In this document: piece by piece, positions 37,801 through 50,073 of the stretch
Position numbering within the stretch: position 1 is the first letter of the stretch
How the letters are laid out: each line of letters begins with the position of its first letter
Source of the DNA: Strigamia acuminata
Lineage: Eukaryota
Assembly (NCBI GenBank): GCA_949358305.1
Contig: OX442314.1
Location: 7,874,001-7,938,000 of the forward strand
Direction: 5' to 3'
Length of the DNA stretch: 64,000 nucleotides
Notes under the pieces: generated by a model
Database searches by the model: none
What the model saw: only the letters and a program-made list of their open reading frames with translations
What the model was told of the DNA's origin: nothing
Program-made: the position numbers and the translations under genes

Positions 37801-38786
37801 GAAATTTTTTGTGCAAAAATGAAATTTTTTGTGCAAAAATGAAATTTTTTGTGCAAAAATGAAATTTTTTGTGCAAAAATGAAATTTTTTGTGCAAAAGT
37901 AGGGGGTTTGTGGCAGTCCTGGACCAGGTGGTTGGTGGTGAGGGGGGTGGGGGTGGTGAGGGGTAAGTGGGGGAGGAGATAAGGGGTGGGGGAGATAAGG
38001 GGAGGGAGAGATAAGAGGAGGGATAAGTGGGGGATGACTAATTGCTTCAATCAATCAGTCTTATCATTCGATCAATGTGTCCTAGGCTATGATTTGTTAT
38101 TGTTGTTTTTCTTTACTTAAGTACCTTGTTATTGTTTTTCCCATCTTTTGTCTCTGCTTTGAAATAAAGTACCTTGTTGTTATTTTTCTCAATTTATCTC
38201 CAATCTTCAAAGACTACTTTTAACCAAAGGAGGGATATTATTGGCTAGACTTCTTAACCAATAGGAAACTAGTATTGTATATATACTTGCAATGTCCTAC
38301 ACACTTCTCTTCTCTTCTTGCAAGTGCTTGGTACTGTTTGAGTCATGGAATTTAACCACATCCACTCTGAATTTGAAGAGTTGCTTATGGAAATTGAAGA
38401 ATCTCTCTTTCCTCAAGTAAACATGCCCAATCCTCTACCGGATGTTGATGAAGAAAATGGTTACAATGATTCTCCACGTTGGATTTATAATCATTCTCCC
38501 ATTTTTCTACTCTCACCACCTACCATCATCAACCAGTCTCAACATGTGCCATCTCCAACCATCATCAACCAGTCTCAACTTGTGTCATCTCCAACCTGCG
38601 TCATCCAATCTCAACCTGCGTCATCTCAATCATGCAATCCATTGTTACCATGTGAGTCTCCAGTTCCTGTTTACCACTACCAATCAAATTTGCACCAAGC
38701 AGGAACAAGCAACACAATCAATCCCCCATCTCCTATGACACTAGTGCAACAAATTGGAGGTGGACAGAAAGTACATTCGTGTGAGT

Positions 38787-39022
38787 ACTGTCATCGACAT
38801 AAGAGTCAAAGAAGGCGACAAGGTACAAACAACATACTAATTTTCTTTCAAAATTTCTAAAATTCTTTTTCGCAGGTTGAAAAAGGCGCACCGATGGTCG
38901 TCCTCAGCGCCATAAAAATGGAAATGGTGGTCCAAGCGCCCATGAGTGGAACCATCAAGAAAATCCACATCGCCAAAGACATGAAACTCGAAGGAGACGA
39001 CTTAGTTCTCGAATTGGAATGA
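38787..39022 (+). pseudogene. PC: Pyruvate carboxylase 3' fragment (AIKM)
   Basis: Copy of 22151-22386. Confidence 0.9.
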
Positions 39023-39179
39023 ACAACTAATTAATCAGTATCCCTTCATTTATTTTCTAATTAATTTCAATTTTTGACTGCTTTATCAAACTGCCAATCG
39101 GACGAATCGTGTGCAAAACAAATCAGCGAATTCCATGATTCCAGTTCTCTATTATATCGTTTTGACAAATGTGTATATA

Positions 39180-39761
39180 CAGGGTGTATCAGAATTCATG
39201 TTACACAGAAATAGGGAGTATAGAAAGGGACCAGGAGATCACGTTTCCACAAATCAAAAATTCCAAAAAAAATTTCCCATTTTGTTACAACCCCAAAAAC
39301 AATGGAAGATTTCAAATATCGCGCCTCACGCATATCGCCAACATTTGCCAGGTTAAAGCGTAATTCTCAAATAAAAAGACACAAACGGTAGCCAACAGCA
39401 GAAGTTTATTACAAGAAATGTTCTACATGTCCAACATGTGCGTCAATGCACAGCTTGGTAAATAATTTAAGGAAATTAATCTTTTACATAAATGATTTGT
39501 TTTAGTTTTCCCGAATTTATGGTTTTTTTTTGTGATTCTTTAACATTAAAATGATAGATTTGTATCTTTTTATTTGAGAATTGCGCTAAAACCTGGCAAA
39601 TTTGGGCGATATGCGTGACGCGATATTTGAAATCTTCCATTGTTTTTGGGGTTGTAACCATGTGGGAAATTTTTTTGGAATTTTTGATTAGTGGAAATGT
39701 GATCTCCTGGTCCCCCTCTATACCCTCTGTTTCTGTGTAACATGAATTCTGATACACCCTG
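39180..39761. mobile_element. Tc1/mariner-type MITE
   Basis: Copy of 22544-23125, duplicated with its unit. Confidence 0.93.
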
Positions 39762-39964
39762 TATATAAGATTTTATCAAGTTGTATCGTTTTCTTCCTTG
39801 CAAAAATCGTGCCTACGTAATTCAAAGTGTCTTCCAAACGTTTTATTTCTCTGTAGTTTCTAGAATTTGATAAAAATCAAAGAAAATTTATAATTCGAAA
39901 AATATATTTCGTTTTTTAATGTTTATTTCCATAATTACAATCACATTTACACCAAAACGTCGTT

Positions 39965-42900
39965 TTAATAGTCAAACATGTCGTTTTGCGAGTTGACGAC
40001 GAATTCGTCGACGGTGGGTTCCGTCTTTAGCTTTTCGACGCCGTAATTGCTTTGCCACGAACATATCGACGCGAGGAAACTTTCGTCTTCGTTTCCGTTT
40101 AACGTTTCTTGCGTGAGCTTTTTCTTCATGTCGCCATTTTTCCTTCTTTTTTTATTTTCCTTCTCGTTTTCGCGTCGCCGCTTCAATTTGCATTGCGTCG
40201 AATCGTCTTCGTCTTCGTTTCGTTTTCGTTTCTTTTCCTTCCCCTTGTTACTCGCCGCATTATCATCCTCGACAACATTTTCCTCGTTTCCGTCTCGTTT
40301 TTTCCGTTTCCTGTGCTTCTCGTGGTCGGATCCGTCCGTTTCGTTCCCGTTTCCGTGTTTCCGCTTCCCCTTTTTACATTTTTCCACCTCCTTTTCCTCC
40401 TGCCGACGTTTCTTCGCCTTTTTTTGACTTTTTTCGACTACGGGGCTCTTGAGAACCTCCAAACAATCGCCCACCGACGACCGCAAATTCGCTAACTCGT
40501 CGTCCTCCTCGCTCGACGCGAACGTCACGTCCATCTGGGGTATGGAATACCCGTCACCGTTCGTACAGACGCTCAAATCGTGGCAAACTTGGACCAATTC
40601 GAGCGGGTCGTGGAACAAAGTGACTTCGCAGCCCGACAGCCGCTGGCCGGGCTCGAATTGCTCGCAGTAGACGCCATTTTGATTTTCCGGCGTAAATACG
40701 TGGTTGTAATGAATGAAGTTGGTGTCGCTGTTTAAATTTTCGTCGCCGAGGACCATGACTGGTGTTTCGTCGTCGTTGTCGTTGTGGTGGTTAATTGCGA
40801 CTATTCCGCTGAATTCGGGTGTTTCGGCGCTTTGGTCGAGGATTGTGGTGTTGTAGGCCGAGTCGTCGGTTGGTTTGTTTTCGTGTTCGTCTTCGTCGAG
40901 ATCTGATCTGTCCAGTTTGAGGAATAATTCCAAAATGGAGTCGAGTTTGACGAGGTGTTTTTCGTGGTGTCGGGAAAGTTTGCGCCGAACTTTCTTGGTG
41001 TATTCGTTTTCTGGAAATAATATGGTTTTTAAATGTTTTCGTTTGTGCAAAAATGAAATTTTTTGTGCAAAAATGAAATTTTTTGTGCAAAAATGACTTT
41101 TTTTGGCGTAAAAATGGCTCTTGAATAATACTAAAAATGGCATTTTTTGGTGTAACATGACATTTTTTTGCTGTAAAATGGCATTCTTTTGTGCAAAAAT
41201 GCATCATTTAATGCAAAAATGCATCGTTTAATGCAAAAATGCATCGTTTAATGCAAAAATGCATCATTTAATGCAAAAATGCATCATTTAATGCAAAAAT
41301 GCATCATTTAATGCAAAAATGCATCATTTAATGTAAAAATGCATCATTTAATGCAAAATTTCTTCACTTTTTTTTTTGCATCTTTGGTGCAAAATTAATT
41401 TTTTGGTGTATTTTTGGTTCAAAAATGCATTTTTTGATGGATAAATCGATCCATTTGGTGCCAAATGCAGAAACATAAAAAAAAAAAATATTATTATACC
41501 TGTATTTGTCAAAGACATGAAAACCACCGCCTTGTTAAGAAACAAATCCGCTCTTTCCACACTTTTAATCTTCACTTCCTTCAACACAAAATGGAATTCG
41601 GGCCACCATTCGGACCTGCCCCTCCACAACTCTCCCAACTTCTTAAACTCCGCTCGAACCGGACTAAAAAAAAAACATAAAAAACATAAACAAACAAACA
41701 AACAAACAAACAAATAATAATTTCCTTCACACACAATTGATACAAATTCAATATCCGATTTGCAAAAATATTCCACGCCGACGCGTCATTCCTCCACTGC
41801 GGATGATCGATCATATTAAAATACGACTCCAGCTCCAAACAGTTATTCGTCGACCTCAACAACGAAGGAAAATCGAAAATCCTTCTATCACATGGTTTCA
41901 CCAGTTGCAATTTCTAAAAAAAATTAAAAAATTAAAAATTAAAATAAAATTTTATTTTTATGCAATAAAAAGCCGAAATTGGCTATATATAAATGCATAT
42001 TTTCCGAAAATCAGTAATAAATGCATAAATCGCCATTTTTGCATAAATAATTTTTTTGTCACCTTTAATGTGGTCACCAACAACGTCCTGAGATGTTTAA
42101 AATGTTTACGGACGAAATCGTAAAAGAAAATATACGCGTTTGGATTCAACGGGTTCGATTTGCAGTAATTATGCAACGTGACGATCGCTTTTTCTTTCCT
42201 ATCGCAAAATTCCATCAACTAAATTCATAATTAATAATAAAATAAAATTATTCTCAATGTTTTCGATTTTTTTTATTTCGATTTCCAACCTCGAGATACT
42301 TCGAAACGAACATATCCCAATTGCCGGGCTCCTGAAACAGCGCTTCGAACATCTCGATCGCGTTGTTTGCCAAACTTCCACGCTCGTGGATCTGTAAACG
42401 CGTTTGTCGTTCTTGCGAATCTAAAAAAACAAAAAAATCAGTTAAATCGATTCAATGTGAATGAAATCGACTTACATATGTCGTCGTCTTCTTTTTGTCC
42501 GATTCCTTCTTCGCTGGTCACCCAATCGATGTATTTACACAGCGCTTTGTAAGCTTTGAGTATGGTAAACACATGTTTTTGTTTTTCGTTCAGTTTGGGA
42601 ATGAAAATTTTCTTTAAAACGGTTTCGTCCTGTGAAAAAATGATTGAAATTATTAAAAATTGCGATTTTGGGGTTCGGAAATGAGAAAAATGAGATAAAT
42701 TACTTCAATTATTTGTTTGGCGGTTAGGAAATCGCCGTTTATTAGCAGCACCATTACGTTTTTCAGAATGGACGCCGGGTGGAAGACTTTGTCCATTCTG
42801 GCCATCGAACTGAAACGAGCAAAATTTAAAAAAATTTATAAATATTGAAAATTATGGGGAAAAAATTACGCACTTTGAAAATTGATTTAATAATTCGTGA

Positions 42901-43135
42901 TTCGATTTAGAATGATTGCAAAATACTTGAAATCCAGCCTGTAATTAAGCAGGAAAAGATCGTAAATGTTTAAGATGACGTATAATTTAGTTTTTCACCA
43001 TTGCTATTATCTCGGAAGTGCGATCCGTTTCGTATGTTAACGCGTTTAATATTTTCGCGGCGGCTTTCCACCGATGACAAACGATGGTTTCCTTCAACAT
43101 GGCAATTTGTCTTTGAGACCAAAGCGTTAACGGCC
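39965..43135 (-). CDS. TAF1A: TAF1A copy lacking exons 1-2 (type B)
   Basis: Same as 23329-26499 shifted by +16636. Confidence 0.75.
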
Positions 43136-45641
43136 CTAAAATCAAACAAAAATAGTAAAAAATCATAAAAAACGTCAAAAAAAAGTAAAAAAATATATTA
43201 AAAACGTCAAAAAAAGTAAAAATATATATGAAAAAAGTCGAAAAATGTTTAAAAATAACAAAAAAAAGTCTAAAAATATTTTAAAAACTTCTAAAAATGT
43301 AAAAATATTTTAAAAACTTCTAAAAATGTAAAAATATTTTAAAAACTTCTAAAAATGTAAAAATATTTTAAGTACGTCTAAAAATATCAAGAAATGTCAA
43401 AAAAGTTTCAAAATATCAAAAAACGTCTGAAAATATCAAAAAACGTCTGAAAATATCAAAAAACGTCTGAAAATATCAAAAAACGTCTGAAAACATCAAA
43501 AAACGTCTGAAAATATCAAAAAACGTCTCAAAATATATTAAAAACGTCTAACAATATATTAAAGACGTTGGGTTAGGTTAGGTAAAGGCACGTTAGGTTA
43601 GGTTACGTTACGTTAGGTTAAGGGCACGTTAGGTTAGGGCACGTTAGGCTACAATTTTGTTCAAAAATGTCAAAAATTTTAGAAACTTTTAGAAATTTGA
43701 CAAAAGTTTGTAGAAGTTTGGCAAAAATTTGTGGAAAAAAAGGCCAAAACTGGAGGAAAAGGCAAACTTTAGGGGAAAAAAAGGCAAAAATTGACAAAAA
43801 TTTGGAGAAAAAAAAGGCAAATGTTGGGGAAACAAGGCAATATTTGAAAAAAATTGGACAAGTTTGACAAAAGAAATTGTAGAAATTTGACAAAAAAAAA
43901 TTGACAAAATATTGACAAGATTTCGCGAGTTTGTTCAACATTTTATTGTTTGATATTTCATCATATTTCGCGTTTTGAATGAAAATGAAAATTTAGCACC
44001 AAACAGGGAGAATGATTTACCGCACGAGGACAAAATCAATTGAAACTCAGTTGAAAAATGGTAAAATTTCACAAAATTTTCAGTAAAAATTCGCAAAACT
44101 ACAAAATTTTATTGAAAAAAACCCAGAACTTGAGAAAATTTTATTGAAAAATCCCAAAACTTGAGAAAATTTCATTGAAAAATCCCAAAACTGGAGAAAA
44201 TTTTATTGAAAAATCCGAAAACATGAGAAAATTTTATTGAAATATCCCAAAACTTGAGAAACTTTTATTGAAAAATCCCAAAACTTGAGAAAATTTCATT
44301 GAAAAATCCGAAAACATGAGAAAATTTTATTGAAAAATCCGAAAACATGAGAAAATTTTATTGAAATATCCCAAAACTTGAGAAACTTTTATTGAAAAAT
44401 CCCAAAACTTGAGAAAATTTCAGTAGCTGCATTCAAAAATAAAAATAACAATTTTAGTTTAAGTGTATTTTAAGTTTTAACATGGGTTTAAACAAGAAAT
44501 GATGTCATTTTTGGTTTAAAATGGAAGTAAAACACAAAATATTTTAGTTTTTGAATGCAGCTAGCAAAAAAAAATGATAAAACACTTCAAATTTCCAACA
44601 AATCTCATAAAATTCCCCAACGTCCCCAATGAATTGGCTCAAACACAATAAATAAATAAATAAACACAATAAATACAATAAAAAATACAATAAATACTTT
44701 ATTATGTGCTCATTTATCCGGACTAAAAACAACATCAAACAACACATTTCAATTCTAGTAGTGAACCGCCGAGTCGAGTGTGATCACGCTCAACAATCAC
44801 AATTCACAACAATTCGCGATTCAAAATGGCTCCTAACCATAACTCACTCGCTCGAGCTCCTCGATCAGTCCTCACCCGACCCAGTCTCATTATGAAATGG
44901 CATAATCCTGTGCAAGCCACTCGCCCTTATATCACCTAGACTATATATAGTAGTAGTACAGATACATAAAGACCTATACTTATAGTATAATAATATAATG
45001 TTTTGTACATAAGTAAATATTTCTAGGCTTAAGTTTAACATGCAATTGCATGTTAATCTGGGAACAAGTAGAGAATGTGACGTTTTCAATACTGCTCCAA
45101 GATCATTACATCATCAGATCAGCTTTTAAAAAGTCCCTACAATGGATACCCTCAAACCCTCACTTGTCAGACATCAAATTGAACAAATGCAACGAGCGGA
45201 ACCATCAAGAAAATCCACATCGCCAAAGCCGAAGTTAGGAGACGATTTAGTTCTCGAATTGGAATGAACAACTAATTAATCAGTATCCCTTCATTTATTA
45301 TTTTCTAATTAATTTCAATTTTTGACTGCTTTTATGATCAAACTGCCAATCGGACGAATGAATCGTGTGCAAAACAAATCAGCGGATTCCATGATTCCAG
45401 TTCTCTCTATTATTATTATATCGTTTAATCGTTCTGACAAATGTATATATATATATAAGATTTTATCAAGTTGTATCGTTTTCTTCCTTGCAAAAATCGT
45501 GCCTGCGTAATTCAAGTGTCTTCCAAACGTTGAATTTGTAATTTCTAGAATTTGATAAAACTCCGAGGAAATTTAATAACTTTTGTATTTTTTAATTTTT
45601 ATTTCCATAATTACAATCACATTTTACACCAAAACGTCGTT

Positions 45642-48600
45642 TTAATAGTCAAACATGTCGTTTTGCGAGTTGACGACGAATTCGTCGACGGTGGGTTCCG
45701 TCTTAAGCTTTTCGACGCCGAAATTGCTTTGCCACGAACATATCGAGGCCAGGAAACTTTCGTCTTCTTGCGTGAGGTTTTTCTTCATGTCGCCATTTTT
45801 CCTTTTTTTATTTTCCTTACCGTTCGTTTCTTTCTCTTTTTCGCGTCGCCGCTTCAATTTGCATTGCGTCGAATCGTCTTCGTCTTCGTCTTCGTTTCGT
45901 TTCTTTTCCTTCCGTTTCGCCCTCTTGTTCATCACCGCATTATCATCCTCGACAAAATTTTCCTCGTTTCCGTCTCGTTTTTTCCGTTTCCTGTGCTTCT
46001 CGTGGTCGGAACCGTCCGTTTCGTTCCCGTTTCCGTGTTTCCGTTTCCCCTTTTTACCTTTTGCCACCTCCTTTTCCTCCTGGCGACGTTTCTTCGCCTT
46101 TCTTCCACTTTTTTCGACCACGGGGCTCTTGAGAACCTCCAAACAATCGTCCACCGACGACCGCAAATTCGCAAACACGTCGTCCTCCTCGCTCGACGCG
46201 AACGTCACGTCCATCTGGGGTACGGAATACCCGTCACCGTTCGTACAGACGCTCAAATCGTGGCAAACTTGGACCAATTCGAGCGGGTCGTGAAACAAAG
46301 TGACTTCGCAGCCCGACAGCCGCTGGCCGGGCTCGAATTGCTCGCAGTAGACGCCATTTTGATTTTCCGGCCTAAATACGTGGTCGTAATGAATGAAGTT
46401 GGTGTCGCTGTTTAAATTTCCGTCGCCAGAGACCATGACTAGCCGGCTATTTGGTGTTTCGTCGTCGTTGTCGTCGTGGTGGTTAATTGCGATTATTCCG
46501 CTGAATTCGGGTGTTTCGGCGCTTTGGTCGAGGATTGTGGTGTTGTAGGCCGAGTCGTCGGTTGGTTTGTTTTCGTGTTCGTCTTCGTCGAGATCTGCTG
46601 TGTCCAGTTTGAGGAATAATTCCAAAATGGAGTCGAGTTTGACGAGGTGTTTTTCGTGGTGTCGGGAAAGTTTGCGCCGAACTTTCTTGGTGTATTCGTT
46701 TTCTGGAAATGGTATGGGTTTTAAATGTTTTCGTTTGTCAAAAATGCACTTTTGTTAGGCGCAAGAATTCATTTTTTTGGTGTAAAATTATTTTTTTTGG
46801 TGTAAAATTATTTTTTTTGGTATGAAATTATTTTGTTTAATGTAAAATTATTTATTTTTCGTATAAAATAATTTTTTTTGGTGTAAAATTATTTTTTTTG
46901 GTGTAAAATTATTATTTTTTTGGTGTAAAAATGACATTTTTTGGTGTAAAAATGACATTTTTTGGTGTAAAAATGACATTTTTTGGTGTAAAAATGTCAT
47001 TGTTTGGTGTAAAATAGCATTCTTTTGTGCAAAAATGCATCATTTAATGCAAAATTTCATTTTTTTTATGCATCTTTGGTGCAATTAATTTTTTGGTGTA
47101 TTTTTGGTTCAAAAATGCAAATCGATTCATTTGGTGCCAAATGCAAAAATCATAAAAAAAGAGTTATATTTTATACCTGTATTTGTCAACGACATGAAAA
47201 CCACCGCCTTGTTAAGAAACAAATCCGCTCTTTGCACACTTTTAATCTTCACTTCCTTCAACACAAAATGGAATTCGGGCCACCAATCGGACCTACCCCT
47301 CCACAACTCTCCCAACTTCTTAAACTCCGCTCGAACAGGACTAAAAAAAAACATAAAAAACATAAACAAACAAACAAAGAAACCAACAATAATTTCCTTC
47401 ACACACAATTGATACAAATTCAATATCCGATTTGCAAAAATATTCCACGCCGACGCGTCATTCTTCCACTGCGGATGATCGATCATATTAAAATACGACT
47501 CCAGCTCCAAACAGTTATTCGTCGACCTCAACAACGAAGGAAAATCGAAAATCCTTCTATCACATGGTTTCACCAGTTGCAATTTCTAAAAAAAAAAATT
47601 AAAATTAAATTAATGATACAATGAATATTTTTTTCGTCACCTTTAATGTGGTCACCAACAACGTCCTGAGATGTTTAAAATGTTTACGGACGAAATCGTA
47701 AAAGAAAATATACGCGTTTGGATTCAACGGGTTCGATTTGCAGTAATTATGCAACGTGACGATCGCTTTTTCTTTCCTATCGCAAAATTCCATCAACTAA
47801 ATTAAAAATTATTAATAAAAAACAATTATTTTCGACTTTATCGATTTTTTATTTCGATTTCAAACCTCGAGATATTTCGAAACGAACATGTCCCAATTGC
47901 CGGGCTCCTGAAACAGCGCTTCGAACATCTCGATCGCGTTGTTTGCCAAACTTCCACGCTCGTGGATCTGTAAACGCGTTTGTCGTTCTTGCGAATCTAA
48001 AAAAAAAAAAATTAATCAAATCGATTTAATATGAGATTATGAATGAAATCGATTTAATATGAGATTATGAATGAAATCGATTTACAGATGTCGTCTTCGT
48101 CGTTTTGTCCGATTCCTTCTTCGCTGGTCACCCAATCGATGTATTTACACAGCGCTTTGTAAGCTTTGAGTATGGTAAACACATGTTTTTGTTTTTCGTT
48201 CAGTTTGGGAATGAAAATTTTCTTTAAAACGGTTTCGTCCTGTGAAAAAATGATTGAAATTATTAAAAATTACGATTTTGGAGTTTGGAAATGAGAAAAA
48301 TGAGAAAAATTACTTCAATTATTTGTTTGGCGGTTACGAAATCGCCGTTTATTAGCAGCACCATTACGTTTTTCAAAATGGACGCCGGGTGGAAGACTTT
48401 GTCCATTCTGGCCATCGAACTGAAACGAGAAGAATTTAAATTTTTTATAAATATTCAAAATTATGGGGGAAAAAATTACGCACTTTGAAAATTGATTTAA
48501 TAATTCGTAATTCGATCTAGAATGATTGCAAAATACTTGAAATCCAGCCTGTAATTAAGCAAGAAAAGATCGTAAATGTTTAAGATGACGTTTAATTTAG

Positions 48601-49793
48601 TCTTTCACCATTGCTATTATCTCGGAAGTGCGATCCGTTTCGTATGTTAATGCGTTTAATATTTTCGCGGCAGCTTTCCACCGATGACAAACGATGGTTT
48701 CCTTCAACATGAGAATTTGTCTTTGAGACCAAAGCGTTAACGGCCCTAAAATCAAACAAAAATAGTAAAAAATCATAAAAAACGTCAAAAAGTGTAAAAA
48801 GTATATAAAAAAAACGTCGGATAATGTAAAAATATCAAAAAAACGTCGAAATATTTTTAAAAATAACAAAAAAAAGTCTAAAAATATTTTAAAAACTTCT
48901 AAAAATATTTCAAGTACGTCTAAAAATATCAAGAAATGTCAAAAAAAGTTTCAAAATATCAAAAAACGTCTGAAAATATCAAAAAAGTCTGAAAATATCA
49001 AAAAAGTCTGAAAATATCAAAAAACGTCTAAAAATATTTTTAAAACATCTAAAATTATTTTAAAAACGTCTAAAAACATTTTAAAAACATCTAAAATATT
49101 TTAAAAACATCTAAAATATTTTAAAAACGTCTAAAAATATTTTAAAAACATCTAAAATATTTTAAAAACGTCTAAAAATATTTTAAAAACGTCTAAAATA
49201 TCACAAAATGTCGAAAAATTTCAAAAAACGTCTAAAAATATTTTAAAAACGTCTAAAATATCACAAAATGTCGAAAAATTTCAAAAAACGTCAAAAAATA
49301 TTTTAAAAACGTCTAAAATATCACAAAATGTCGAAAAATTTCAAAAAACGTCTAAAAATGTCAAAAAAAATCAATTAAACGTCTAAAAATGTCAAAATAC
49401 ATCAAATAAACGTCTAAAAATGTCAAAATACATCAAATAAACGTCTAAAAATAAATGTATTTACTATTTATCACAGGTTTTTCCTTTAATTTAGCTCTCA
49501 TGATCTCTTTCTTAGATTTCTTTCCATCTTTTTTCGTTTTCTTTTCTCCTTTTTTCGCTTTCTTTTCCTCTTTTTCCGATTTCTTTCCATCTTTTTCTTC
49601 ATCTTTGGAACCTTCCTTTTTTTTCGACGATTTTCTCTTCTTCTCGCAACTCGCTTGATTCAAAACCAATTTCCTCTATTAAAAAAAAATAAAAACAAAA
49701 ATAAATAAACCAAAACCAAATCCAAGCAAACCACAAAAAACAAACCAATTTCCGATACTCCATATCATTTCTATCCTTCACAATCGCCTCCAT
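45642..49793 (-). CDS. TAF1A: TATA box-binding protein-associated factor RNA polymerase I subunit A (TAFI48), full-length copy, 11 exons, ~803 aa
   Basis: GT-AG exons with consistent phases: 49793-49746, 49675-49465, 48745-48609, 48548-48484, 48419-48314, 48239-48086, 47996-47866, 47796-47641, 47585-47407, 47340-47177, 46702-45642 (2412 nt). Motifs ILKAYKALCKYIDW, PGNWDMFVSKYLELMEF, PLNPNAYIFFY, ASAWNIFA, LWRGRSDWWPEFHF and LNKAVV match vertebrate TAF1A as I recall it (PGVWDPFV..YVEMLEF, PSNPNAHIYLY, EW..RKNWWP.FHF). The exon 9 donor (gtgtgt) is the least certain. Confidence 0.88.
48780..49450. repeat. A-rich ~20-bp satellite filling TAF1A intron 2
   Basis: aaaatatcaaaaaacgtctg and aaaacgtctaaaaatatttt variants; shorter related tracts at ~7000-7400 and equivalent positions. 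Confidence 0.85.
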
Positions 49794-50073
49794 CGCACGT
49801 GTTCGCAAATATCACCGAAACAAAACTAAACAAGCCGCCATTTTCCCAACAACTAAACACCGAACGAATCCCCAACCAATCCAAACCCAAGAAGCCGCAC
49901 ACCGACTACCCGAGCTTCCCAAAACCGCCGCACGACGTCGCGGAACAAATCACGTTCCCAAACAATACCTTCGGATAAGGAAGACCAGCCATGTAAAGTA
50001 TCGAATTCCTCCGCACTAAAGCAACCGAAAACACTCGCTAAAAGCACATTTAATCTTTATTTTTTCAGTCTCA
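49794..50073. promoter_or_regulatory. Probable bidirectional promoter between TAF1A and the SDR gene
   Basis: The two start codons diverge 280 bp apart; CpG-richer segment; YY1-like AAAATGGCGG on the minus strand near 49835-49844. Confidence 0.6.

Larger units (their letters stand above)
1..49030. repeat. Tandem segmental-duplication array (TAF1A exons 3-11 + pyruvate carboxylase 3' tail + filler); at least 7 units, open on the left
   Basis: Identical ORFs recur at 772, 8378, 13989, 19600, 27908, 36236 and 44544 (spacings 7606, 5611, 5611, 8308, 8328, 8308). Junctions (TTAGG tracts) start at 7401, 13012, 18623, 26931, 35259 and 43567. Homology fades inside TAF1A intron 2 at ~48.8-49.0 kb. 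Confidence 0.97.

Noticed and set aside
1..49030. Array as a pure assembly artefact
   Set aside because: Units differ in structure, SNPs and minisatellite counts (10/14/15/14). Exact copy number still needs read-depth confirmation.
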